Shown: positions 1-11,643, counted from the first letter of the whole stretch. The stretch is 63,184 nucleotides of DNA, filler included, from Globobulimina sp. (GCA_003354225.1; 17 parts of 17 records of this genome joined end to end with filler, not necessarily neighbours in it); one strand, 5' to 3'. Notes: generated from the letters alone by a model not told the origin. Translations and numbers: made by a program.

Positions 1-338
1 CATTCAATATGATGATACTCTGCATTGGCTGCGTATTGCTCCGCATATATTTCCTTCGTAGCTGCTGTGACATAATCATACAAAGCTTGCACTGCTTTTG
101 TCCGTCGATATAACTTATTTTCGGGGATCAAGACTTTAGCTTTCATACTTTCGGAGGGTGAGCTTGCAACAATTTGTAACTGCTGCATGAGTTTAGCATA
201 GAGCTGGAGCACATTTTCAGAGAATATTATGTCTGTAGGGATCGATGGAGTTGTTGGTGTATCGGTTGCTGAATTTGTGGTTAGCACAAAGCTGTCGATG
301 CATAGATAAAATGCACAGAGCGTTAACAACAAACACAT
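1..338 (-). CDS. 5' part of a hypothetical, possibly secreted protein; runs off the contig edge
   Basis: Stop-free frame from ATG at 338 to the window start (MCLLLTLCAFYLCIDSFVLTTNSATDTPTT...); hydrophobic N-terminus. Absent from the ORF track because it has no stop codon. Confidence 0.5.
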   Translation of the reverse strand, partial: MCLLLTLCAFYLCIDSFVLTTNSATDTPTTPSIPTDIIFSENVLQLYAKLMQQLQIVASSPSESMKAKVLIPENKLYRRTKAVQALYDYVTAATKEIYAEQYAANAEYHHIE

Positions 339-1237
339 GAAATAATATATTGGTTTTGCAAGTGATACAACAAATTTTGAATTAGATAACTCCCCATTTT
401 TGTATTTTTGGATATTTCTTCTGATTTTATCAGTTTGGGTTGAAACGAACATTACAGTTTTTGAAATTGTTAGATCTATCTAAAATTAAAAGTTTTAAAA
501 CTTATAAAGAAAAAGCTAGCTATATAGCATGCCCATAAAGAGTACGTTTTAATATATTTGCATTTACATTTATTTCCCATCACGTACACTCAAAAAAGAA
601 CATCCTAAGAACACATCAAAAACAAAAAAGTAATAGAAACAAACGAACGGAATTAAAAAAAAAACAATAAAATAAGTAAAAAAAGCACTCAATAAACAAA
701 GCACATCAAAACAGATTGTTTTCAGAGTGAACAGGCAAAGCAGAAATATATCAAAATAATTATCAACAAACAAAAAGAAAATAAAAAAAAATTAACGCAT
801 CAATAGTAGCTCGAAAATATATTAAATTAAACACTTTATTTTTAATTCAACGCAAATAATTATTCATTCATTCAATAAATACAAATTTACTATTTATCAT
901 CATCTCTGATATGGATTTATTAAATTCTTCGTTTCTCACTGCGATCCTAAACATCTCCCTACGTACAATACACATAAAATTAACTAAAAAATATAAAAAA
1001 AATTATAACAAAACTTTAATTGTATAGAACGTGGTGATGACATATCATTTTTTCTTAAATTTCCATGAACAATGCGGCAAACGGCCTATATACAAGCGAG
1101 AAACTGTTATATTTACCAAAAAAATCTAAAAAGCACTCAACTTTAATGGCAGATTTCTTTGTTTCTTTGGTAGATTTACATAACATTTCTGTGTTATATT
1201 CATTTATTTGTATATGTATAGGATAAAAAATGCAAAT

Positions 1238-2240
1238 TTAACTCATAAAAACATTAAAATAAAGCGCTATGGCATTTAGTTGATATTTTCCAGTGCATAA
1301 TATATTATTGTCATTTTTGAATCTTTCATCGATATTAATTTCAAAGTAATTTGTGCTTTTATTATTTGCCGAATGTATATGTTTCATGCAGCCATCAAAG
1401 CAAATATTGATAAAATTCCATTCCGATTCTAATTGTTTGATTGTTGGCGCTTTCTTGCAACGGATATTGATGCCAATGATATCTTTGTTTCTTTCTGTAA
1501 ATAATTTGATGGATTTATGCTCATCAAAACCATCACCGATTGAGATTATTTCGCTACATTTTAAGTTGTATTTATTCTCATATTCACGCATAATCATTCC
1601 AAACGTGGTGTATTTATGCATAAATCGGTTATTTGGGCCATTGAATTTATGCTATATTATATTGTTGGCCTCGATTTCACCAAATTTATAACATAAATAT
1701 TGATATGCACTCTCTTCGGAGGATAATATTAAGATTTTATTCTCAGCAAAATATTGTGCTGTTTTTATAAAAGTGTGTGTGTTTTTGTTTTGTTTTATGG
1801 TTAATTTGGAAATTCAAAAACAGTGTACCTAAGATAGGGAATTTAGCATTTTTGGAAATTATCATTTCATGAATCCATAGCTTTGAGGCAGCGGATACAA
1901 CAACAAATTTAATGTCATGATTGCTAACATTTTGTTGAATCGTTTTTTTAATTTTTTGTATACATTTTATAACATCGGATTGCAGTTTTTTAGTGTTTAT
2001 GAAATTAAATAAATCAAAACCATAATTTCGACGAAGAGAGTTTCGAATCGTGGTTGGAATTAAAGTATCATCCAAATCTAAGTAAACCATGGTGAAAGTT
2101 TTACGTTTTGCTGCATATTTTTCATATTCGTATGGGAGTTAACGTAGTTAGTTGTTGTTATTGTGTTTGTATGTGTTATATGTTTAACTTAGTGGTTTAT
2201 TGATCGGTGGTGATGGCTGAATTTCTTGTTCGTATCCCAT
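1238..2240 (-). CDS. HAD-superfamily hydrolase-like protein, multi-exon (protist HAD-domain type)
   Basis: Motif I YLDLDDTLIPT, motif II VVVSAA, motif IV IISIGDGFDE across ORFs 1743..2090 and 1238..1621. First exon from ATG 2240 splices in frame via a GTTAAA...TGCAG intron. Further 3' exons towards ~890 are possible. Confidence 0.7.
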
Positions 2241-2365
2241 TTTTTAGATAATCACCTATTAAGAAAGGATGATGACTTGATGCTATACTAAAGAGATGTT
2301 TTTGATGTTAATTTGAACGAGAAACTTTTTCAGCTTCGTCACTTACATCAAATAGCAAACAAAAC

Positions 2366-3200
2366 ATGCAATCATTATTACTTACAATATATGCATTAAT
2401 TGTATTATTCTCCATTCAAACCAATGTTGCTAAATCACCGCGATTATTATTAGAAACCGACGGAAGAAGTGGTCGAAGAATAGGTGCATTATTACCGTTA
2501 GACTCTCAATTATTAGGAGCAAGACCAATTATTACACGTGTGTACAATATTAATTCCTTCCGTTCACAACTATGTTACAAAGATAACAATAATTTACATA
2601 TCAAAAGGTCCTCGAACTCCAGTACTTCGCCGTGACAGTACGTAATATTTATATAATATATATCATTGCTTTCGGATATTTTGCGATTTATATTTAATAT
2701 AACAACGTTTGCTATATATAGGAATTCCCTTCTTTGGCGTTATTATAACTCTTGAACAAAAATGTGACTTATATCGATGTGCTGAAGCATGCTGCATCGA
2801 TCAATTAGGTATTTGGTGCTGTACCTTAACTGAAGCGCCAATTGCAGGAATTACAGGCATTGGCATTGACGATGTCATTGGTTTGGGTGGTTTGTTATAT
2901 TTATATGTACAATATATTGGGAAACAATACATATTTTTTTTTATGTATACAGCAGTGGATATTTTGGATGATCCAACAGTAGCAATAGCTCCAGCATTGC
3001 CAACGTTGCCTATATCGGCGCCAGTTGTTGATGGAGCAGTTGTATTACCAGCGGTAGCAAGCGATATAGCACGTATTCCGTGTATAAGACATCATGATTG
3101 CTTTCGTGGCTTTGTATGTCGACGAGATGTGAGTTGCAGTACAAATGATATTATTTTGAATCAATGTCCAAGATTTTGTGTTATAAATAGCATTTTATAA
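2366..3200 (+). CDS. Secreted cysteine-containing hypothetical protein with introns
   Basis: Signal-peptide-like MQSLLLTIYALIVLFSIQT; Cys clusters (CDLYRCAEACC, CIRHHDCFRGFVC); AT-rich intron-like stretches ending TATATAG/TATACAG. Confidence 0.6.
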
Positions 3201-3625
3201 TGATAATAAACAATGAAAAAATGTGTTTTAAAATTTTAATAATTGTGATCATGCTCAATTTTCTAATTGATTGTGATTGTATGGGACATCAGTTTTGTGA
3301 TTGTTAAACGTGATGTGACTTTTAGTTTGTTATTGATGTTCCTTTGTTTTTTATAAGTATTAATATATTTAATTTAGTTTAAATTGATCGAATTTGATGC
3401 ATTTAGAGAATTGACAGTTTTTAAAGTTTTAGAGAAATTTGACTTTTTACGGTTTTGAAGCTTTTTGAGAAATCAAGATATTTACATTTTTACAAATTCA
3501 ACAAAAAAAAGGGTAGATGGTATCGAAAATGGTAATAAGTGTTTGTGCAATTATATTTGTGTCTTTTTTTGATTGTAACACACACGAAAATATTAGCACA
3601 CACAAACAACACAGAACAGTAATCA

Positions 3626-3725
3626 NNNNNNNNNNNNNNNNNNNNNNNNNNNNNNNNNNNNNNNNNNNNTTAATTAATTAANNNNNNNNNNNNNNNNNNN
3701 NNNNNNNNNNNNNNNNNNNNNNNNN
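3626..3725. other. Artificial contig linker (first of 16)
   Basis: N44-TTAATTAATTAA-N44, giving stops in all six frames. The others start at 7351, 11075, 14799, 18522, 22245, 25968, 29691, 33414, 37137, 40859, 44581, 48303, 52025, 55745 and 59465. Contig lengths fall from 3625 to 3620 bp. Confidence 0.99.
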
Positions 3726-3895
3726 AATTTGTTTTGTTTTTTTTTGAAATTTATGAATAAGAAAAACAATAATATCTGTGCAAGGATAGTCAGTTAAGAT
3801 CTGTGCAAGGATAAGAAATTTATGAATAAGTGCAAGGATAGTCAACAAAAATCAAACAAAATACAAACTTATCGAAAATAAAAAGAAACATCATT

Positions 3896-4843
3896 TTAAT
3901 CCTCTTTCGGCGGTACATAAATAGCGCCCTTCTGAAACACAACTTTTATTTTCGCAATGCCTTTGCCCAACACCTTCGGATCAGATACCCTCAAAATAGT
4001 GCCATCCTCAAATAACTCACTTATCGTCTTTTCAAAATTTTCCTTGTACAACACTCGAAGTGCTTTGCCAGCCATAAACACCTTATTATCACTGGCAGAA
4101 ACACTCGGGTTCTTTAACTTCAATGTGTTATCATTCAACAACTTCTTATAAAACATATCAAACGTGGTCGCTGCATCCAATTTATACACTATCGGCTCAC
4201 TGCCACACACCGGACACTGCGCATTCTTGGCATAATTAAAAGTCCGCGAATAGATCCATCTTGTCCCATATACATAAAATAGTTATTCAACCCAAACGAG
4301 GCCCAAGTCAGCACCTTCAACGCCTCCGCCACGCACAAGGCGCTGATCAGCGCATTGGTGCTGGCAATGGCGGGGATTATGTTCTTCACCACTTGCATGG
4401 TCAAATGGTACGTAACCCTCTCGATCTTAAACTGCTGCGCGCGATCCTGAGCCATGTTGAATATCCACGACATATGCTCCACATCGTCAGTATCCAAAGC
4501 CACGCCATTCGGATCCGCTATATTCTTATCTGCGATGGGCGCCATATCATAGACCGACGCTGTTTTCAATGATCTGAGTCGAGGCCATGGCATCTTATGT
4601 GAATACGCGATGCAGTGCTCAGGTCGGCGTGGAATGCTTGCAATGGTGCACGATTGGAACACTTTGGGCGGCGTCATAGTGCCCACAGAGCACTCAAAAC
4701 AAGCCGACATCATCGGTACGAATAAGCGACATTGGCCCAAAAAGCCCTCAGTGCCGCCGTCTATGCATGAATGGGATGATTGTGTCGGGGTCGACATTGC
4801 CATCGTCGTCCAACGAGACTAAGTCGCAAAGCATCGTGTTAAT
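3896..4843 (-). pseudogene. UBA3: NEDD8-activating E1 catalytic subunit, 3' half, with two frameshifts and 5' truncation
   Basis: INTMLCDLVSLDDDGNVDPDTIIPF / IDGGTEGFLGQ...CTIASIPRRPEHCI...VKNIIPAIASTNA...NNYFMYMGQDG / IYSRTFNYAKNAQCPVCG. There is a 4-nt insertion at 4765..4768 and a 1-nt deletion at 4255/4256. Homology stops at ~4843 with no splice acceptor. Confidence 0.85.
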
Positions 4844-5153
4844 ACAAATTTAAAATAGTGTCATTTACAAAAGTTAAATTTGTTAGAAATTTGTGAAGTT
4901 TTCGCGAAAAATCGTTAAATTTAGCCTAATTTTGACCATTAAAATGGCGTTAACTCAAACTCAATACCTCGTTGCCAAAGTTGACTTTAATCCCGAGCAG
5001 GTGAGCCAGTAAGCGTTGTCTGTGCCAAGTATCAGCTCTGAAAAATGTTTTGTCTTGGAGTTATTAAGTTTAAAACCTCGTGATATATATTATAGTATAT
5101 TACAAGAATAAAATTATACAGATGATAAATCTCTCACTCAGTGCGACCATGTG

Positions 5154-5784
5154 ATAGATCGACAGATCATGATCTCACTGTGATCTATATGCTGTATGAT
5201 CTGACTATGATCTGACTGTGACCTGACTATGATCTGTGATCGTACTGTGATCTCACTGTGATCTTACTATGATCCATATACGTGACGGCATTTGCTTTTA
5301 ATATTCTGAGCTTGCGTGTCATAGCAGAGGCTCGTGTTTATTTAATTAAATAATAATCCATATAATCCATATCCATGCCATCACCGTAGGATTCGAACCT
5401 ACATCCATTTGGTTTCCTTCGTAGATGCCACAAATTGGACCAAACCACCAAAAATCAACATCGCCTCATAAACGACTCAAGATGTCTCAATTTAAAAATC
5501 ACAACAACAGCAGCTCCACAAATAACAATAACAACAATAACAACAATAAAACCCCAACATCCTCCACTTTCCCCTTTAGCTCATGATGTGTGACCCCAAG
5601 CTGATGCAGATACATTAGTTAGATATGTATCTTTTTATTATTTAATAATATTATTTATAGTTAGATCACAGTAAGATCACAGTGCGATCACAGTACGATC
5701 ACAGATCATAGTCAGATCACAGTCAGATCATAGTCAGATCATAGAGCATATAGATCACAGTGAGATCATGATCTGTCGATCTAT
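5154..5784. mobile_element. Foldback/MITE-like element with ~120-bp modular terminal inverted repeats
   Basis: 5154..5274 is the near-perfect reverse complement of 5663..5784. The arms are built from ~11-bp GATC(T/G)(C/G/T)ACT(G/A)T units. TA flanks both ends; there is no ORF inside. Confidence 0.8.
5386..5402 (-). other. tRNA T-arm / Pol III B-box-like hairpin
   Basis: GTAGG-TTCGAAT-CCTAC on the minus strand is a perfect 5-bp stem with a canonical T-loop. I cannot fold a full cloverleaf around it. Confidence 0.4.
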
Positions 5785-6093
5785 GAATACAATTTGCATG
5801 GGCAAAATCTGATCCAAATAATGTGAGCACAAAATTCTAATGCAATATTGACAAGCATGAAATACCAATTTTGTGGCTATTAAATCATTGTTTGCACACA
5901 TAATTTCGTGATGTTTAGAATGTTACTAATTGCAATGTTGTTGCAGTTATAAACAAACGTGGATTAAGGCGCCAACAACAAAATTAATATATTTTGTTGG
6001 TACATAGATGTAAACGCTAGATTTAGAAAAAAAGAAAAAAAACTTTTCAATCATTTTATTTATTTGAAAAGTAAGTAGTTATTAATAGTTGGT

Positions 6094-6109
6094 GGTGTTG
6101 AAAAACACC
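6094..6109 (-). promoter_or_regulatory. Histone mRNA 3' stem-loop (H3)
   Basis: Sense strand TTACCA-GGTGTT-TTTC-AACACC-ACCAA, 70 nt after the H3 stop: 6-bp stem with GG/CC base, 4-nt loop and ACC tail. Confidence 0.85.
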
Positions 6110-6179
6110 TGGTAAAAAACAAAAAAGTATTTACAAAGATAAACAAGATCAAGATGTGATTTACAAAGATTTAATTTAA

Positions 6180-6584
6180 TTAGTTTCCTCTCAATCGTTT
6201 TGCCAAAGCAATATCTTTTCCCATAATGGTAACTCGTTTTGCATGAATAGCGGCCAAATTGGTATCCTCAAACATCGACACCATATATGCCTCGGTTGCT
6301 TCTTGTAATGCAATAATAGCGGTTGCTTGAAAGCGTAAATCGTTTTTAAAATCACCAGCAATCTCTCTCACCAACCTCTGAAATGGCAATTTCCTCAATA
6401 ATAATTCCGTCGATTTCTGATATCTGCGGATCTCTCTCAAAGCAACGGTTCCTGGTCGGAATCTATGTGTTTTCTTAACGCCTCCTGTTGCTGGCGCTGA
6501 TTTGCGCGCTGCTTTGGTTGCTAATTGTTTTCGTGGTGCTTTACCACCAGTTGATTTTCGCGCGGTTTGTTTGGTTCTGGCCAT
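6180..6584 (-). CDS. H3: Histone H3, intronless, divergent
   Basis: [38 protein letters not shown]...; complete histone fold. Confidence 0.99.
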   Translation of the reverse strand: MARTKQTARKSTGGKAPRKQLATKAARKSAPATGGVKKTHRFRPGTVALREIRRYQKSTELLLRKLPFQRLVREIAGDFKNDLRFQATAIIALQEATEAYMVSMFEDTNLAAIHAKRVTIMGKDIALAKRLRGN

Positions 6585-7011
6585 TTTATTAAAAAGTAAT
6601 AAGAATTAATTAATTTTAATTAAAATAAAGTGTTTTTTATAGGATTTGGTGATAGTTTGATATTTTGTTGTTGTTTAAAAGCTAAAAAATCGATTCAGTT
6701 TTCTTTTTCACACAGATACGATCCATTAAAAATTATTGGCTATTCACGAATCACACGCTTCACAATAATATATGTTCAAAATTGCAATTCCATTCGATCT
6801 GACATGTGATCGATGAATATAAATTGGGATTAGCAGTGGCTTGACGTCGACTTAATTCAATTTTTGATTAGCACTAATGCCGTGATGTTTGATTGTTTCT
6901 GATGTTTGAAGTGTGACTTAAGTGAAAACCTAGAAACGTTAAATAAACAATTAATGCTTACTGCGCATGCCGCGGACAAAGAGAGGGATATATATTACAT
7001 GTTTAATTGGT

Positions 7012-7027
7012 GGTGTTGAGAAACACC
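7012..7027 (-). promoter_or_regulatory. Histone mRNA 3' stem-loop (H2B)
   Basis: Sense strand TTACCA-GGTGTT-TCTC-AACACC-ACCAA, 45 nt after the H2B stop. Identical to the H3 element except for one loop base. Confidence 0.85.
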
Positions 7028-7072
7028 TGGTAAAAAATAAAAATTAAATAAATAATTGATTGATTGATTGCT

Positions 7073-7350
7073 TTATTGTGCGTATTTATTGACTGCTTTG
7101 CTTGCCTCAGTTTCCGCATGTTTTGAGAGCTCGCCGGGTAGTACCAATTTGCAGGCACACTGAACTGCTCTGGCATCCATTGTGGCTTTCTTGTTATATT
7201 TGACGATGTTGGCGGCTTCGCCTGCGATCCGATCAAATGTGTCATGCACGAAGCCGTTCATCACATTCATGGCTCGTTTACTCATTCCAATGTCCGGATG
7301 CACTTGTTTTAAAACCTTGAAAATATAAATATTGAATGTCTCTTTTCTTT
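7073..7350 (-). CDS. H2B: Histone H2B, 5'-truncated by the contig end
   Basis: [46 protein letters not shown]...[24 protein letters not shown]. Confidence 0.97.
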
Positions 7351-7450
7351 NNNNNNNNNNNNNNNNNNNNNNNNNNNNNNNNNNNNNNNNNNNNTTAATT
7401 AATTAANNNNNNNNNNNNNNNNNNNNNNNNNNNNNNNNNNNNNNNNNNNN

Positions 7451-7569
7451 CCGTCGTCGCAAACTGCTTTGAAAATGCGCGGTGCCGCCACGAAGCACGA
7501 CGTGGCGGAGCTGAATGTGCTCGCATATATACCTGAAAAAAAGTGTACATATCATACAAAATAAATAGA
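7451..7569. repeat. Exact 119-bp terminal direct repeat of contig 7451..11074 (circular or tandem assembly signature)
   Basis: Identical to 10956..11074. Confidence 0.95.
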
Positions 7570-7720
7570 TCTCAGTGTATACTGCGTAGATGTACTGCAC
7601 TTAACCCATATCGACCAAGGGCCGCCACACCGAGATATCGCTCATTATCATATAATTCCAATACAGCCCCGTCCCAGCGATGTGCTCTCCGCTCGCGTCC
7701 AAAACCATACTAAATAGCAC
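7451..7720 (-). CDS. Upstream exon of the SLC12 gene, contiguous with 9431..11074 once the contig is circularised
   Basis: GLYWNYMIMSDISVWRPLVDM-G splices (GTTAAG...TTTTCAG) into IYASTFSSATSCFVAAPRIFKAVCDDG, an SLC12 transmembrane motif. Confidence 0.75.
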
Positions 7721-8022
7721 CGCTTCTTCAAATCGCCAGAGATATGACGGGAATGTACTCTTCAAATCCAAAATGTACACAATTTCATCTTCAAATCCAA
7801 CGATGTCTCATGTGTATAATAAAATAAATACAGTTAAACACTTTGCGACCAAATTGAATTCATAAAAAACAAACCGACTTTAATTAATTATTTGAGCTGA
7901 CATGCTGTGACATTTGGCATTCGCTAGTATTAAAGCTTAAAGTTTTTGGGAACAACACAAAACTGTGAAAAACAAAAAGAAAAAAAGGAAATATCAAGTA
8001 TTAGAATAATTTTATCATATTT

Positions 8023-8272
8023 TCGCGCTACTTGACAAGGTGAATAATTATTTATTATTTCAATTCAACACCATCCAAATTCCAACAAAGATTTGATATA
8101 TAAACACAAAATGACAGATCGAACTCAAAGATTATCTATAATTTCTCTTTGGATTATGTGGTGATTAAATAATAATTTAATTTCTCTTTATAGAATAATT
8201 ATATTTTGATTATCATTATTAATCAAAACAACCCGTTATGTTCTATGATGGGGTCCTTGTCAAGTAGCGCGA
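8023..8272. mobile_element. Putative small MITE with 18-bp inverted ends
   Basis: TCGCGCTACTTGACAAGG (8023..8040) and CCTTGTCAAGTAGCGCGA (8255..8272) enclose AT-rich non-coding DNA. No TSD seen. Confidence 0.55.
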
Positions 8273-8722
8273 GAACCGATGGAATGAGTTCATATATGAT
8301 ATGAGAGTGGAGATTGGCGATTGGTTATTATGGCTCTGTAATAAAAAGAGAAATTTGCAAACAAAGAAAGAAAAAAGAATATAAAATAATTTAACAGAAA
8401 ACTTAACATGTAATTAATATATCTTATAATTGAAACCATGTATAAATGATATGAACACAACAAAATATAAAACATGCAATGAAAATAATCCACATAAAAT
8501 AAAAGTTATCGAGGACACTCAGCCGAATTAAAACCGGTCAGCGCCGAGTTGTAAAGAAAAGAATAGGCATGACCCAAACTTCTAATCTAGTTGCGCCCTA
8601 TGATGATAACATTTTATTTCAACTATTTCCAATTACAATTTACTAAAATTTTTCATTATTTAAAAATGTATATAGTGACTAATCAATGAAATCATTGTCA
8701 AAAAAAGAAGATGAAGTTTTTT

Positions 8723-8867
8723 GATGACTAGCTTACTTCGTTAAAATCTTAAAATCACTGTTATCACCTCACAAACGACAAATGTTGGCAAGAAAACTAA
8801 AAATTTGTCGTTTGTGAGGTGATAACATTGATTTTAAGATTTTAACGAAGCTAGTAAGCTAGTCATC
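8723..8867. repeat. Long hairpin / palindromic MITE-like element
   Basis: Arms of ~61-65 bp (8723..8783 and 8803..8867), near-perfect apart from one mismatch and a 4-nt indel, with a 19-nt spacer. Confidence 0.8.
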
Positions 8868-9430
8868 GTTTTTTACCACACAGATTAAACATGCAGTCTG
8901 AATAAATATTTTTGTTATTTGCATGGCGTAGGATTAGAAAGAATAGCAATTTGTTCGCGACAGAATCGAATTACAATTTATAGAAAATGGTGGTCAATTG
9001 GTCCAATCTGGAATTCAATAATAATAATAATAATGAACCAAAAAGAAGGCAAAATCAGTATCATCACCACCGCGTGTATCAAAATCGAATTCGTCAACAC
9101 CAGAAAAGGACGACACTCGCTCCGCTCGCTCGCCCACTGACGAAAATGAAGAGAAATTGTATGTAAATATGAAGAAAAATCGGCGGATGTGCTTACATTT
9201 GCGAAATGTTTTAAAAGTAAATAATTGTGCCAAAGGTATGATTATTATTATTATTATTATAACAGGTTTTTTTTTTATTTTCGGGAGAAAGCCAAAACAA
9301 AACATAAGTCAGTTAGAAAAAGGAGAAAATTGTAAAAAAAAAAAGAAGAAGACGCCAATCCCCACAAACAAACAAAAGAAAGCTAACAAACTGAAATGAA
9401 CTGAAAGACAGAAATAATATGAATATATAA

Positions 9431-11074
9431 TTAAAAACAAAAAGTCAAGAGCTGATCCTGAGTGCCCCGGACGAAGACAGTCGGAATTCCATCCGGAGTG
9501 AGGTCCGAAATACACTGCGCATACTCGTACCATTTATACTTCTTCCTCGGATACGGCATTGTCAATAAACATAAGGCGGCGTCGCGAGAGTTTTCTTGAA
9601 TGGTTTGGCCCACTCGCTTGTATTTAATAATTTTGTCCTTTGCAAAATGCGACACTTTCCTCCTCCCTTTGCCCTCCGCATTGTTGTTGTTGTTATTATC
9701 ATCCTCCTTTTCTTCGTCTGCCACCACATTCGCATTGCAATTCTCATCCAATTCGTCGTCGTCCTCCACTCCGATATCAAATAATATTTCGTCCTGCACA
9801 GAGTGCACATGTTTGATCTCGGCGTCAATCCGCAATTTGGCCACCAACGAAACCATTTCAGTGTGATCCTCGAAGCCGATCTCAGACAGCGCCATGATGC
9901 GCAACTTGTAATTGCGAAATTGTTTGTGTTTGGTCAACAAATATCCCGTCAATATGGTCAGACCGCCGTCGTCGAACAGCCACCAAATGTCAATGGTGCC
10001 GCTCGAAGTGATGTCGTTGTCGATCAGAATGTTGGTCAAATTGAACTTATTCGGCACCACAATCACTCCCAAGCCGGACAGCAAGGCGTTGGTCAAATTG
10101 GTGAACCACAGAGGTTGCTGCGTGTCCATCGACAAGTGGTTGTTTTGGTGGTTGTTGATGGATTCGTCGATTTTGATCATAAACACGTTTGGCTGCATCC
10201 CGCCCATTCCCGCCAACTGGATCATGTTCGCGGTGCCAACCTCGTAATTCTCGGCGATGCAGCATTCCATTATGCATTGCTTGACGATGTCCGCCGACAA
10301 GTGATATTTGAGATAGTTTTTGCGTTTCAACACGTAATCCTCCGCGGTCTCGCCGTCCGACAGCGAGCCGAGCATAACGTGGCCGATCATAATCAAACCC
10401 TGTCCGTAATTGATGCATTTGGCGAAGTTGAACAGCGTCAACACGTCGTCCTGGTTGCTGCCATACAGCATCATCAGAAAAGTGGGCCGCGCGATCTTGG
10501 CATGCTCCGTGTTCATTTGCTGGTATTTGAGCGCGATTTTGCAGCCTTTCAAGTAGAGCGCAGACTCGACGGTGGTGCCCCAGTTCACGTCGGGATTGCG
10601 AGCCTCGATGTATTTGTAGCAGATGACGCCAATGATGACCGTGGCCAACGCCATGATCCAATCGATGAGGAACATCAGCACCACCGACTGGAAGGTGGCG
10701 AACAGCGACAAGTACGGCGAGTAATATTTGAAGGTCGGCCTCCAGCCCGGCGACTTGCTGATGTCCCAAGCAAACACGCTGTAATTCACCAAGGCGTACG
10801 TGATCAGGAAGAAGTTGGTCACCATCGGCGCGATGAAGTTGATGTCGCCGGTCAGCATTATCAGGAAACAGATCGCCATCACCAACACGTAGCAGCGCAC
10901 CGGCTCGTTGTCCTTGGCGCGCCCCACCGCGAAAAAGGAGAAAATGGGAAATAGGCCGTCGTCGCAAACTGCTTTGAAAATGCGCGGTGCCGCCACGAAG
11001 CACGACGTGGCGGAGCTGAATGTGCTCGCATATATACCTGAAAAAAAGTGTACATATCATACAAAATAAATAGA
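9431..11074 (-). CDS. SLC12 cation-chloride cotransporter (NKCC/KCC/CCC family), C-terminal half
   Basis: APRIFKAVCDD, NEPVRCY, NFFLITYALVN, SPGWRPTFKYY, PDVNWG, AGMGGMQPN, GTIDIWWLFDDGGLTIL, PTVFVRG. Confidence 0.93.
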
Positions 11075-11643
11075 NNNNNNNNNNNNNNNNNNNNNNNNNN
11101 NNNNNNNNNNNNNNNNNNTTAATTAATTAANNNNNNNNNNNNNNNNNNNNNNNNNNNNNNNNNNNNNNNNNNNNGCTTTTGTATCGTAGTGCTAAACCGC
11201 CATTGCCCACTCACGAAGAGCCTCGCTCTTTGACGCACGGTCAAGCGGCTGCGATATAATCGTATTCGATAAAATCGTCAATTTTATATTTAGAATTGCT
11301 GCAAAGAATAGAGTCAGATTGAAAATAAATGTTTTTACATGTCAAACCCAGAACAGATGGTGGGGAGAAATTGCAAACAATTTAAAATTCCGAAATTAAT
11401 TAACTTTCACAAACACAAATTTACTATTGTACTTACAATGAATTTAGCACATCAATATTTATACTATTTATTTTAAACAAAAAATAATTAAAAAAGAAAA
11501 TAAAAACTTATATAAATTTTTTTAAAACAGAAATGTTTTCGAAACAAACACAAAAAAAAATACCCGGATTTCCAAAATTAAACAAAATTCGAATACGCGT
11601 ATAAACAAAAAACCAGTTTGTTTCAAAAACACAACCTAAGCAC

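Noticed and set aside
3626-3725. Regularly spaced TTAATTAATTAA motif every ~3.72 kb
   Set aside because: Artificial linker flanked by Ns. ORFs containing X runs and any cross-contig gene neighbourhoods are artefacts.
4255-4768. Compensating frameshifts (+4, -1) leaving UBA3 functional
   Set aside because: The ~170 codons between them, including the catalytic Cys, would be read out of frame.
5370-5455. Complete tRNA gene
   Set aside because: Only the T-arm is convincing; acceptor, D and anticodon stems cannot be paired.
9803-11060. Long alternative ORFs of 383 aa (+) and 337 aa (-) overlapping SLC12
   Set aside because: Shadow frames caused by high GC3 codon bias; no recognisable motifs.
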